From Mobula hypostoma (taxonomy: Eukaryota): DNA of 64,000 bases. Under the pieces are notes generated by a model. The model ran no database searches and was not told where the DNA came from. It worked only from the letters and a program-made list of their open reading frames with translations. Below, piece by piece: positions 51,006-61,552 of the stretch; position 1 is the stretch's first letter; each line of letters begins with the position of its first letter. The stretch spans positions 103,170,001-103,234,000 of the forward strand of contig NC_086097.1 of assembly GCF_963921235.1 (NCBI RefSeq), read 5' to 3'. Both the position numbers and the translations under genes were made by a program.

Positions 51006-52108
51006 TCATTCTTGGAACCAAACATGTGAATACAGCCGAACAAAACAGTGTTCCTCCTGTGCCAAGCTGCGAAGCACAGTACCAACAGCAGGTATAGTTA
51101 TGATAGTAGAAATCAATACAGTCTCAAAAAGGAATAGCCCAAGGCCCTGAGTGTCATGGCCTGTAGATTAATGGTGTAGGGATGTTGCCCTGGAGCCACA
51201 TTTCTGCAAGAACAAGCAAACAGCATTTCCTCATCGCATGTTAGTGCAGACGCAGATGAACACAAACCAGTTTGTCTTCCACCGAGCAAACACTGGAGGG
51301 AAGCATCGATGGGAGAAGCCAGCCTACAACTCAGCACAGACTACAGCTCTCTCCCACACTGCATCTGGCATCTCCTTCCCCTGACGGTTCCACAGGCGAC
51401 CCTCCGGCCTGAGGCCTGTCCACGCAGCTCCCCTGCCGTCAATCTCGCCAATCAATCAGACTTGCAAGATTCTACATTACCAATGTCCAAAAGAGTTTTG
51501 CGATCACAAGAAAATCGTCCAAGACGATCATTTACAGTTTTTTGAACAGCGCACTGCCTCTGACACCTTTCCCCTTGAGTGGTTGTAGTAGATAGCAACA
51601 AGTCCAGCTCCATTGTTATCGAGCAACTCAGCAGTGGAACAAAACTGCAGCACTAGATGTTCTCAATATCCAGCGGTGCCTTGCAATCATGCAAAAAACA
51701 CAAAGGATGAGCAATTACGCCTTTGGACCCAGAGAGGTCACTGGGACCTAGCACACTGCCATCCTATGTATATGACAGAAGTACAACCCATCAGATTAAA
51801 TTACCACCCATCTGCAGGGAAGGTTGCTCCTTTGCCTTGTTGTTCACCTCAGCAACTGCAGCTGAGGGATTACTACAGAACATGAGCAAGGTTGGATTTG
51901 TTGCTGTAGATTGAAGGTTAGCAAATGTAACCTAATTTCTTCAGAAGGGAAGGGAGATAGAAAACAGGGAACTATCAACTTGTAACGCTCAGTTATATTG
52001 GCTCGTATATGTCTAGGGGAAATACCACCCAGCACCTGCCTCAACGCTTCCCACGGAGTTGGTTGTTGCTAGTTGGAGCTCAATCGATGCCAGACGACCA
52101 CACGAATC

Positions 52109-52224
52109 CTGTCGACTCGCGGCTCGGGGGCGCCCAGACCCTGTCGACTCGCGGCTCGGGAGCGCCCGGACCCTGTCGACTCGCGGCTCGGGAGCGCCCG
52201 GACCCTGTCGACTTGCGGCTCGGG
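52109..52224. repeat. 32-bp minisatellite, about 3.6 copies
   Basis: Unit CTGTCGACTCGCGGCTCGGGAGCGCCCGGACC starting at 52109, 52141, 52173 and 52205. Confidence 0.95.
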
Positions 52225-52259
52225 ACCACCTGAAGTGATCGATTGGAGCCTCTCCGCAC

Positions 52260-52635
52260 GTCCACCGTCCTCGCCATCTCTCCTCCGACTCCCCGCCAAA
52301 ATCCCGTCCACCGTCCTCGCCGTCTCCTCCGACTCCCTGCCAAAATCCTGTCCACTGTCCTCCTCGTCTCTCCTCCGACTCCCTGCCAAAATCCCGTCCA
52401 CCGTCCTTGCCGTCTCTCCTCCGACTGCCCGCCAAAATCCCGTCCACTGTCCTCCTCGTCTCTCCTTCGACTCCCCGCCAAAACCTCGTCCACCGTCCTC
52501 CTCGTCTCTCCTCCGACTCCCCGCCAAAATCCTGCCCACCGTCCTCGCCGTCTCTCCTCCGACTCCCCGCCAAAATCCTGTCCACCGTCCTCGCCGTCTC
52601 TCCTCCGACTCCCCGCCAAAATCCCATCCACCGTC
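52260..52635. repeat. 46-bp minisatellite, about 8 copies
   Basis: Unit GTCCACCGTCCTCGCCGTCTCTCCTCCGACTCCCCGCCAAAATCCC starting at 52260, 52306, 52350, 52396, 52442, 52488, 52534 and 52580. Confidence 0.95.
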
Positions 52636-55162
52636 ATATGATACAGCATTATATCCGAAAACAAAATGATACATGACCACCCATTGGCTAATAGCACCCT
52701 GCTATCTATAATAACCCAAGCAACTGTCTAGCCAGAGACTTTCTCAGCATTCCCCAGTATAACGTAACAAAGAAGCCATTTTAAATTTAACATACAAAAA
52801 AAGAAAGGCCCCATACAAACATGTCATGCCTGACATCAGTATTTGGGGAAATGCTGGGATCTGCACTAAAGGATGTAATTTCTGTGCACAGAATCAGAAT
52901 CTGGTTTAATATCAGAGTATTTGGTGAATGGCCACATGACCACGAGGAGGGCATGTAAACTTCTCACAGACAGTTCTGCTGTTGAAGATTGAACCTGGAT
53001 TACTTAAATTGTGAGGCAAGAGCACAACTAGCAGTTTCAATCTTCAACGGCAGTGCTGTCTGTGTGAAGTGTACATACCCTCCTCACGAAGGTGTTCACC
53101 AAATACTGTTTCCTCCCACATCCGAAAGGTGAGCAGATAGATACACAGCCCAGTCACTATAGATGGGCAACAATCACCATCAGCACAGGCCCATCACAAG
53201 GATGTGTGATTAGCCCCCTGCTCTACTCACTTGATGCCCATGATTATGTGGCTAAGAAAATGAATTTCAACGTAGTACTGTATATTTACTTTGGTTGACT
53301 TTGAGAATAACAACATTGCAAATTCTGCCCAAGGCAGAGCTGAAGAGGTTTCCCTTCTGCTCTTTGCAAAAGTTTAAAAGTTGTGTAAAATAATATTCCA
53401 TATAATTTGGGAAACTTATGCAGAGACTAAATAGCCTCTATTTTTTAAAATAAGCCTTGTTTCGAGAGACTTTTTAAAAAGGTGAGTGGTGATGTCAGCA
53501 AATGAACCATTCTTTGCCCTTATAGAATAAGACTGGCCTGGCAGGCAGCAGTTAATGTTTGTGCCAGGCAATGGCCATTTCTAAACTGAGAGCCTTGACA
53601 TTCAATGTCATTACTGTCACTCAGCCGCCCCTCTCTCTCCCCCCGCCCCCCCCCGTATTCATATCGCAGCAGTTACCACAGGCAAGAAATATAACTGGGC
53701 CATCTCCAGAAACACTCTGGCTACAGAAACAGATTGCAGTATGTTGGCTAAATTGATGTCTGTCTCCACCAGTTAAATGTCAAGCCAGTTTCATGAGTGT
53801 AATAGAATACCATCTTGTGTGGATGAATGTGCAGCTCCCAGAACATTACTAAACTGACACCCCAACCACTATCCTAAGCATTAATTCCCTTTACCATCAT
53901 AATTCAGTTAGTTTTATATTGTATCCTGTAGAATGAATTGATTTGGCTGGACTAACTTCTGGCAAGATGGAGATCTCAGAACAAGGCCAAAATTTAGTTA
54001 CAAATGCTGCAGATGTTTTTCTTGATCATCTGCTGGCTCCACCACTGCTAAGAATGAGCCACCTTCTCTTGATGCTATTCATGACTGGATAAGAGCTTGA
54101 ATTTGGTATGATTAGCTGGTTATGGAATTGTTTAGCTCAATCTGCAGTTTGCTGTTAAGTCTCCCTGTAGTTTCTGTTGTCGTTTCAGTTTTGATTTTGT
54201 GTGACATTGTTGCTGGATCTTGTTGCTACGCTGTTTCACAAGCTTAATGGAAGGTATAGATTGACTATGTAATATTACCTTTGTATGGCGCTGGGTGTCA
54301 TATGTGATTGAATGTTCAAGATAGTAGGATGGAGTGTGAATATCCTGACTGAACTGTATTTATTTATTGAATACAGTGTGGAATAAGCCTCTCTGGCCCT
54401 TCGAGGGGTGCCACCCAGCAATCCCCTGATATAATCCTAGTCTAATCACGGACGATTAAACTACCAACTAGTAGGTCTTTGGATTGCGTGACAAAACCAG
54501 AGCATGTGGAGGAAACCTGTGCAGTCACGGGAAGAACGTACAGACTCTATAGACAGCAATGGGAATTGAATCTTCATTGCTGGTACTAAAGCATTGTGCT
54601 AACCACTACACTGTGAAATTATTTTCTGTTGCCTTACTGCTGTTACATTGGCAGGTCTGATCTGGGCTGTTTTCTTCCCTTTGTGTTGTGTGGGTGCTGA
54701 TTGCTATTTACTGGTCACTTTCAGAATCAAATCCAATGTCTCATTGGCAAATTTCTTACTTCCAGATGCGTACATTTGCTGAGGAGTAAGTGATCACTGT
54801 TGGAATGGTGTACCTTTGATACATATTTGACATAGATCAGTTATAGGGCATAAGAATGAGCACACATTCTTATTAAAACAAAATTCTTTGTGTACTTCAC
54901 AATAAGGAGGATGTCATAGCACCTGAGATGGTGCAGGGGAGATTCACTGGAATATTCTCTGACATGTTGCTTGGGTTGGACTGTTTCATTAATGAGTGGT
55001 TAGGTCTGTTTTCCCTTGAGAGGATGAGATTAAGAGGGGACATGCTTAGCCTTAGAAAATTATGAGCAGATAGGTTGCAGGAAACTTTTCCTCTTTATCA
55101 GAGGCAAGTAAAACTAGAGGATGTAGGTCAGTCTAGGATAAAAGTTAAGATATTTAGAAGGG

Positions 55163-55980
55163 ATAGAACATAGAATAGTACAGCACAGTACAGGCCCTTC
55201 AGCCCACAATGTTGTGCTGACCCTCAAACCCTGCCTCCCATATAACCCCCCACCTTAAATTCCTCCATAGACCTGTCTGGTAGTCTCTTAAATTTCACTA
55301 GCGTATCTGCCTCCACCACTGACTCGGGCAGTGTATTCCACGCACCAACCACTCTCTGAGTAAAAAACCTTCCTCTAATATCCCCCTTGAACTTCCCACC
55401 CCTTACCTTAAAGCCATGTCCCCTTGTATTGAGCAGTGGTGCCCTGCGGAAGAGGCGCTGGCTATCCACTCTATCTATTCCTCTTAATATCCTGTATACC
55501 TCTATCATGTCTCCTCTCACCCTTCTCTCCAAAAAGTAAAGCCCTAGCTCCCTTAATCTCTGATCATAATCCATACTCTCTAAACCAGGCAGCATCCTGG
55601 TAAATCTCCTCTGTACCCTTTCCAATGCTTCCACATCCTTCCTATAGTGAGGCGACCAGAACTGGACACACCTGCAAGTGTGACCTAACCAGAATTTTAT
55701 AGAGCTGCATCATTATCTCGCAACTCTTAAACTTTATCCCTCGACTTATGAAAGCTAACACCCCATAAGCTTTCTTAACTGCCCGATCTACCTATGAGGC
55801 AACTTTCAGGGATCTGTGGACGTGTACCCCCAGATCCCTCTGCTCCTCCACACTACCAAGTATCCTGCATTTACTTTGTACTCTGCCTTGGAGTTTGTCC
55901 TTCCAAAGTGTACCACCTCACACTTCTCTGGGTTGAACTCCATCTGCCACTTCTCAGCCCACTTCTGCATCCTATCAATC
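55163..55980 (-). mobile_element. CR1 3' fragment
   Basis: ALERVQRRFTRMLPG..FFTQRVVGAWNTLP; atagaac tail. Inserted into an older plus-strand CR1 remnant (about 54910-56100). Confidence 0.92.
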
Positions 55981-56111
55981 TGAGGAAGATTTTTTTTTTC
56001 ACCAATGGAGTAGCAAGTACCTGGATTTCAATGCCAAAAAGAATGGTAGAAGCAGTCACTGATGGTGTTCCAGTGTCTAGACAAGCACTTAGTGCCTAGT
56101 TTGGAAGGATT

Positions 56112-58420
56112 TCAAAGTTCAAAGTAAATTTATTATCAAAATATGTATACATCACTATATACAATTCTTAGATTCATTTTCTTGCAGGCATTTGCAGTAC
56201 AGCAAAGAAATAAATAGACTCAATAAAAAACCTACACAAAGGTTGTCTTCTTTTGCATATTAGTTGTTTGCTAAACTGCAAATACAGGAAAACAAGGCAA
56301 TAATTGATACGTACGTACACACATACACACATACTGAGAACGTGAGTTGTAGGGTCCTTAAAAGTGAGTCCAGAGGCTATGGAATCAGTTCAGCGTTGAG
56401 GCTATCGAGGACGGTTGAAGGGTAATAACGTACTGAACCTGGTCGTGTGAGACCTAAAACTCCTGTAACTCCTTCCCAGTGGCAGCAGTGAGAAGAGAAC
56501 ATAATCTGGATGGTGAAAGTCCTTGATGGATGCTGCTTTCTTGTGGCAGTGTACCTTTTTTTCAGATTATGAGGACACTCAGTCCTTGTTTATTGTCATT
56601 TAGAAATGCATGCATTAAAAAATGATACAATGTTCCTCCAGAATGATATCACGAGAAAACACAGGACAAACCAAGGCTAAAACTGACAAAACCACATAAT
56701 TATAACATATAGTTACAGCAGTACAAAGCAATACCATAATTTGATAAAGAGCAGACCATGGGCATGATAAAAAAAAAGTCTCAAAGTCCCGATAGACTCA
56801 TCATCTCACGCAGGTGGCAGAAGGGAGAAACTCTCCCTGCCATGATCCTCCAAGCACCACCAACTTGCCAATGCTGCACCATTGGAAGCACCTGACCACA
56901 GCGGACTCTGAGTCAATCCAAAAACTTCGAGCCTCCGACACAGCCTCTCCGAGCACCATCCTCTGCCAAGCACTTCGACCCTGCCCCGGCTGCCGAGCAA
57001 CAAGCAAAGCCGAGGACTCGGGGCCTTCCTTGGAGATTCTGGACCACACAGTAGCAGCAGCAGCGAAGCAGGCATTTCAGAAGTTTCACTAGATATTCCT
57101 CCATGCTCTCACGTCCGTTTCCATCAAATCAGGATTGTGCACGGCACCCTACTTGACAAATAACAGACATCACCACCAGAGTGGCCACTGCGAGCTGCGT
57201 TGCGCTACCATCTTCCCTTCCCACCATTGACCTTGTCGATGTGCTCAGTGGTAGGGAGGGCTTTTCCCATGGTGGACTGAGCTGTATCCACTTCCTTTGG
57301 TAGGTATTTCTGTTCCTGGGCATTGGTGCTCCTTGGTGATGCAGCCAGTCAAGAAACTCTCCACTGTGCATCTATAGAACATTTTCAGAGTTTTAGATAA
57401 CATGCCGAATCTTCATAAACTTCTAAGAAAGTAAAGGCCTTGCGGTGCCTTCTTTGCAATGGCACGTACATGCTGGTCCCAGGACAGATCTTCCGACATG
57501 ATAACGCCAAGGAATTTAAAGCTGCTGACCCTTTCCTTCTCTGATCCACTGATGAGGACTGGCTCATGGATCTCCGGTTTTCACCTCCTGTAGTCAATAA
57601 TCAGCTCCTTGATTTTGCTGATGTTGAGTGAGTGATGTGGCACCATTCAACCAAATTTTCAATCTCCCTTTATATCAATTCATCACCACCTTTGATTCAG
57701 CCAACAGCAGTGATGTTGTAAGCAAACTTAAATACAACATTAAAGCTGTACTTAGCTTCACAGTTGTGAGTAGAGCAGGGGATTATGTACATGACCTTGT
57801 GGTGCACCTGTGCTGATAGTGATGTTGTTGCCAATCCAATTGACTGCAAGTGAGGATGTGGAAGTCAAATCCGGGTAAACTCACTCAGAGACCACATAAG
57901 TACAAACTCTTTATTCAAAGCCTCTGGGGCACTTCGGTTAGTCACTCAAACAGGAACAGTCTGTGACTGTTCCTGCTCAGTCCACCAACTAACTGGCAGT
58001 TCCTCTTGCAGAATAGATATAGTTGCTCAGATACCCTCAACACAGGACAGGCTGGAGCCGATCTTATCTATGTGCATGACTGCACAAAGAGACCAGGACC
58101 CTGAAACACTAACTGCCTAACTTCAAGAAGAAATATTGCTCAACACTGAATAACAAGATTAGCACATCTGTTGATCATCAGCGGTGTCTTGCAGAAAAAC
58201 AGGCTTCAATGTTTGACTGACCGTCTTAACCCTTTACATAATTTATCAAGGAAATCGAGGATCCAGTTGCACAACTAGGTATTGAAGCTTGTGGCAATGA
58301 TGGTTGAATGCTGAACTGTAGACAATGACGAGCATCCTGATGTATGCACCTTCATTGTCCAGATGTTCTAGGGATGAGTGAAGAGCCAGTGAAATGACAT
58401 CTGCTGTTGAAATGTTGTAA
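56112..58420 (-). mobile_element. Decayed Rex1/Babar LINE with nested insertions
   Basis: Rex1 3' tail at 56112 and RT remnants to about 58420; interrupted at about 56556-57214 and 57857-58248. Confidence 0.8.
57857..58248 (-). mobile_element. Solo LTR (392 bp), possibly retroviral
   Basis: TG...CA termini; AGGA at 57853-57856 and 58249-58252. Removing it restores the Rex1 WILDFLT codons. AATAAA on the minus strand near 57910-57915. Confidence 0.85.
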
Positions 58421-58944
58421 CAGTATTGAAAGATGGGTACTCACTGGCCAGCATGGATATGATAAGCTGAATGGCCTGAGTCTGTGTTGTGTGACATTGG
58501 GGTGTAGGCTGCAAAACTAAGGAAATTATGCTGAATACAAGAGATTCTGCAGATGCTGGAAATCCAGAGTAACAAACACAAAATGCTGGAGGATCTCAGC
58601 AAATCATCAGCATCTATGGAGAGGAATAAGCTGTTGATGATTTTGGCTGAAACCCTTCATCAGTACAGGGAAAAAGAAACACTATTGTTGTACCTCAATA
58701 GAAGTATTATATTTGATTCCTAGCACTGTTAGGGAGGATATGATGATCTAGGAAAGGTTATAGAAGAAATGTACTTCCATTGAGGCCTGAGGTAAGGGAC
58801 TTCATTCTTGAGCAAGAGCAAGGTTGGAAGATTAAGCTCAGGATTCAAAAAATTTAAAAGAAAAATTCCTAGTGTAATAAGTGCAAGGCTGAAGTATTCA
58901 AACTGGATAGGTTTAAAGTTTACAAAAAGCAAATGATTACAGAG

Positions 58945-61246
58945 TAAGACACACAAAACGCTGGAGGAACTCAGCAGGCCAAGCAGCATCTGTGGAAAAA
59001 TTACAGTTCATGTTTCAGACCAAACCCTTTGGTAGGACTGAAGAAAAAATGCTGAGGAATAGATTTAAAAGGTGGGGGGAGGGGAGAGAGAAACACCAGG
59101 TGATAGGTGAATCCATGAGGGGGAGGGATGAAGTCAAGAGCTGGGAAGTTGATTGGTGAAAGAGATAGAAGGCTGTGGGAGAAAGAAAAAGGGGGGAGGA
59201 GCACCAGAGGGTGGTGATGGGCAGGCAAGGAGATGAGGAAAAGGAAGGGGGAGGGTTTGGGGGGCATTACCGGAAGTTTGAGAAATCGATGTTCATGCCA
59301 TCAGGTTGGAGGCTACCTGAATTGAATATAAAGTATTGTACCTTCAACCTAAATGTGGCCTTATCGCAATAGTGGAGGAGGACATGGATGAACATATGGG
59401 AATGCAAAGCGGAATCAAAATGGGTGGCCACTGGGAGATCATGCATGTTCTGGTGAACAGAATGTAGATACTCAGCGAATCAGTCTCCCAGTCTACGTCA
59501 GGTTTCACCGATGTATAGAAGGCCACACGGGAGCACCGAACTCAGTACATGACCCCAACAGACTCACAGGTGAATTGTCACCTCAATCACCTGGAAGGAC
59601 TGTTTGTGGCCCTTAATGATAGTGAGGGAGGAGGCGTAGGGGCAGGTGCAGCACTTGTTCTGCTTGCAAGGATAAGTGTCAGGAGGGACATCAGTGGGGA
59701 GGGACATATGGACAAGGGAGATGCGTAGGGAGCGATCGCTTAAGAAAGCAGAAAGTGAGGGAATGATGTGCTTGGTGGTGGGATCCCATTGGAGGTGGCG
59801 GAAGTTTCAGTGAATCGTGTTGGATGCGGAGGCTGGTGGTGTGGCAGGTGAAGACGAGGAACCTTACCACTGGTAGGGTAGCGGGAGTATGGGGTAAGAG
59901 CAGATTTGCGTAAAATGGAAGAGATATGGTTGAGGGCAGCATTGCTGGTGGAGGAAGGGAAGACCCTTTCTTTGAAAATGGAGGACAGCTCCTTCTTTCT
60001 AGAATAAAAAGCCTCATCCTGAGAGCAGATGCGGCGGAGACAGAGGAATTGAGAGAAAGGGGTGGCATTTTTGCAAGTTTAGGGTGGGACAAGGTGTAGT
60101 CTAGGTAGCTGTGAGAGTCCGTGGGTTTGTAATAGACATCTGTGGATAAGCTGTCTCCGGAGATAGAGACGGTGAGCTCGAGAAAAGAAAGGGAGGTGTC
60201 AGAAATGGACCAGATGAATTTGAGGGCAGGGTAGAAGTTGTCCTCTTGTCCTCACCTACCACCCCACTAGTCTCCATGTCCAGCATATAATCCTCTGAAA
60301 CTTCCACCACCTCCAATGGATCCCACCACCAAACACCTCATTCCCTCCTCCCCCCCACTTTCTGCTTTCCGCAGTGATCTCGCGACTTCCTTGTCCATTC
60401 GTCCCTCCCCACTGATCGCCCTCCTGGCATTTATCCTTGCAAGCAGAACAAGTGGCACACCTGCCCCGACATCACCTCCCTCACAACCATTCAGGGCCCT
60501 AAACAGTCCTTCCAGGTGTGGTGACACTTCACCTGTGAGTCTGTTGGTGTCATATACTGTGTTTGGTGCTCCCAGTGTGACCTCCTGTACATCAGCGAGA
60601 CCTGACGTAGATTGGGAGACCGCTTCACCAAGAATCTACACTTCATCTACCAAACAAGAGGGATCTTCCAGTGGCCACCAATTTTATTTCTACTTTCCAT
60701 TCCCATTCCAATATGTCCATCCATGGCCTCTTCCACTGTCGTGATGAGGCCACACTTAGATTGGCGGAACAACACCTTATATTCTGTTTGGGGTAGCCTC
60801 CAACCTGATGGCATGAACATTGATTTCTCAAAATTCCGGTAATGCCTCCAATCTCTCCCCTCCCCCCCCCACTTCTGCATTTCCCACCCCCTTTTCCCCC
60901 TCTCACCTCTTCTCCTTGCCTGCCCATCACCTCCCTCTGGTGCCCCTTCCCCCTTTTTCCCCTTTTTCTTTCTTCCATGGCCTCCTGTCTTTTTCACCAA
61001 TCAACTTCCCAGCTCTTTACTTCATCTCTCCCCCTTCAAGTTTCACCTATCATCTGGTTTTTCTCTCTCCCCTCCCCATGTTTTAAATCTACTCCTCAGC
61101 GTTTTTTCTCAGTCGCGCCGAAGGGTTTCGGCTCAAAATGTCAACTGTATTCTTTTCCTAGATGCTGCCTGGCCTACTGAGTTCCTCCAGCATTTTGTGT
61201 GTGTTGCTTGGATTTCCAGCATCTGCAGATTTTCTCTTGTTTTTGG
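58945..61246. mobile_element. Inverted Penelope-like composite
   Basis: Minus arm about 58947-60238 (RT C-terminal part plus GIY-YIG remnants) and plus arm about 60238-61240. GATTACAGAG duplicated at 58935-58944 and 61247-61256. Confidence 0.85.
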
Positions 61247-61552
61247 GATTACAGAGACTGGAAATCTAAAATAAGAACATAAAATCCTGTAACTATTCAG
61301 TAGATTCTGCCCCACTGACTTTTCAGTGGTTGAAATGGTCATTTATTCAGGGAGCACAAATTTATCTGTGCTCAGTCAACACTAATTGTATCTCAAGTTT
61401 AGAAGGTTGGAAATACTTAGCACCTGAGAGAGACAAAAAAAGTCTGAGTTAACATATCAAGAGTTCTCTTCAAAGGTGATTGATCTGCTGGACAGAATCT
61501 GCCTGCCATGCTGAAAAGTTAGAGGATTTTCTCTCTTTATTTCGGATTTTAA

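Larger units (their letters stand above)
51981..52817. mobile_element. Probable solo LTR containing CpG-rich minisatellites
   Basis: TGTAACG start and CCCCATACA end (alternative end CGTAACA at 52769). Flanks AACT/AACA give only an imperfect 4-bp TSD. Confidence 0.5.

Noticed and set aside
52109..52635. CRISPR-like regular repeats
   Set aside because: Units are head-to-tail with no unique spacers, there are no cas genes and the context is eukaryotic; these are minisatellites.
52009..52697. Overlapping ORFs of about 200 aa in several frames
   Set aside because: Artefacts of stop-poor GC-rich tandem repeats.
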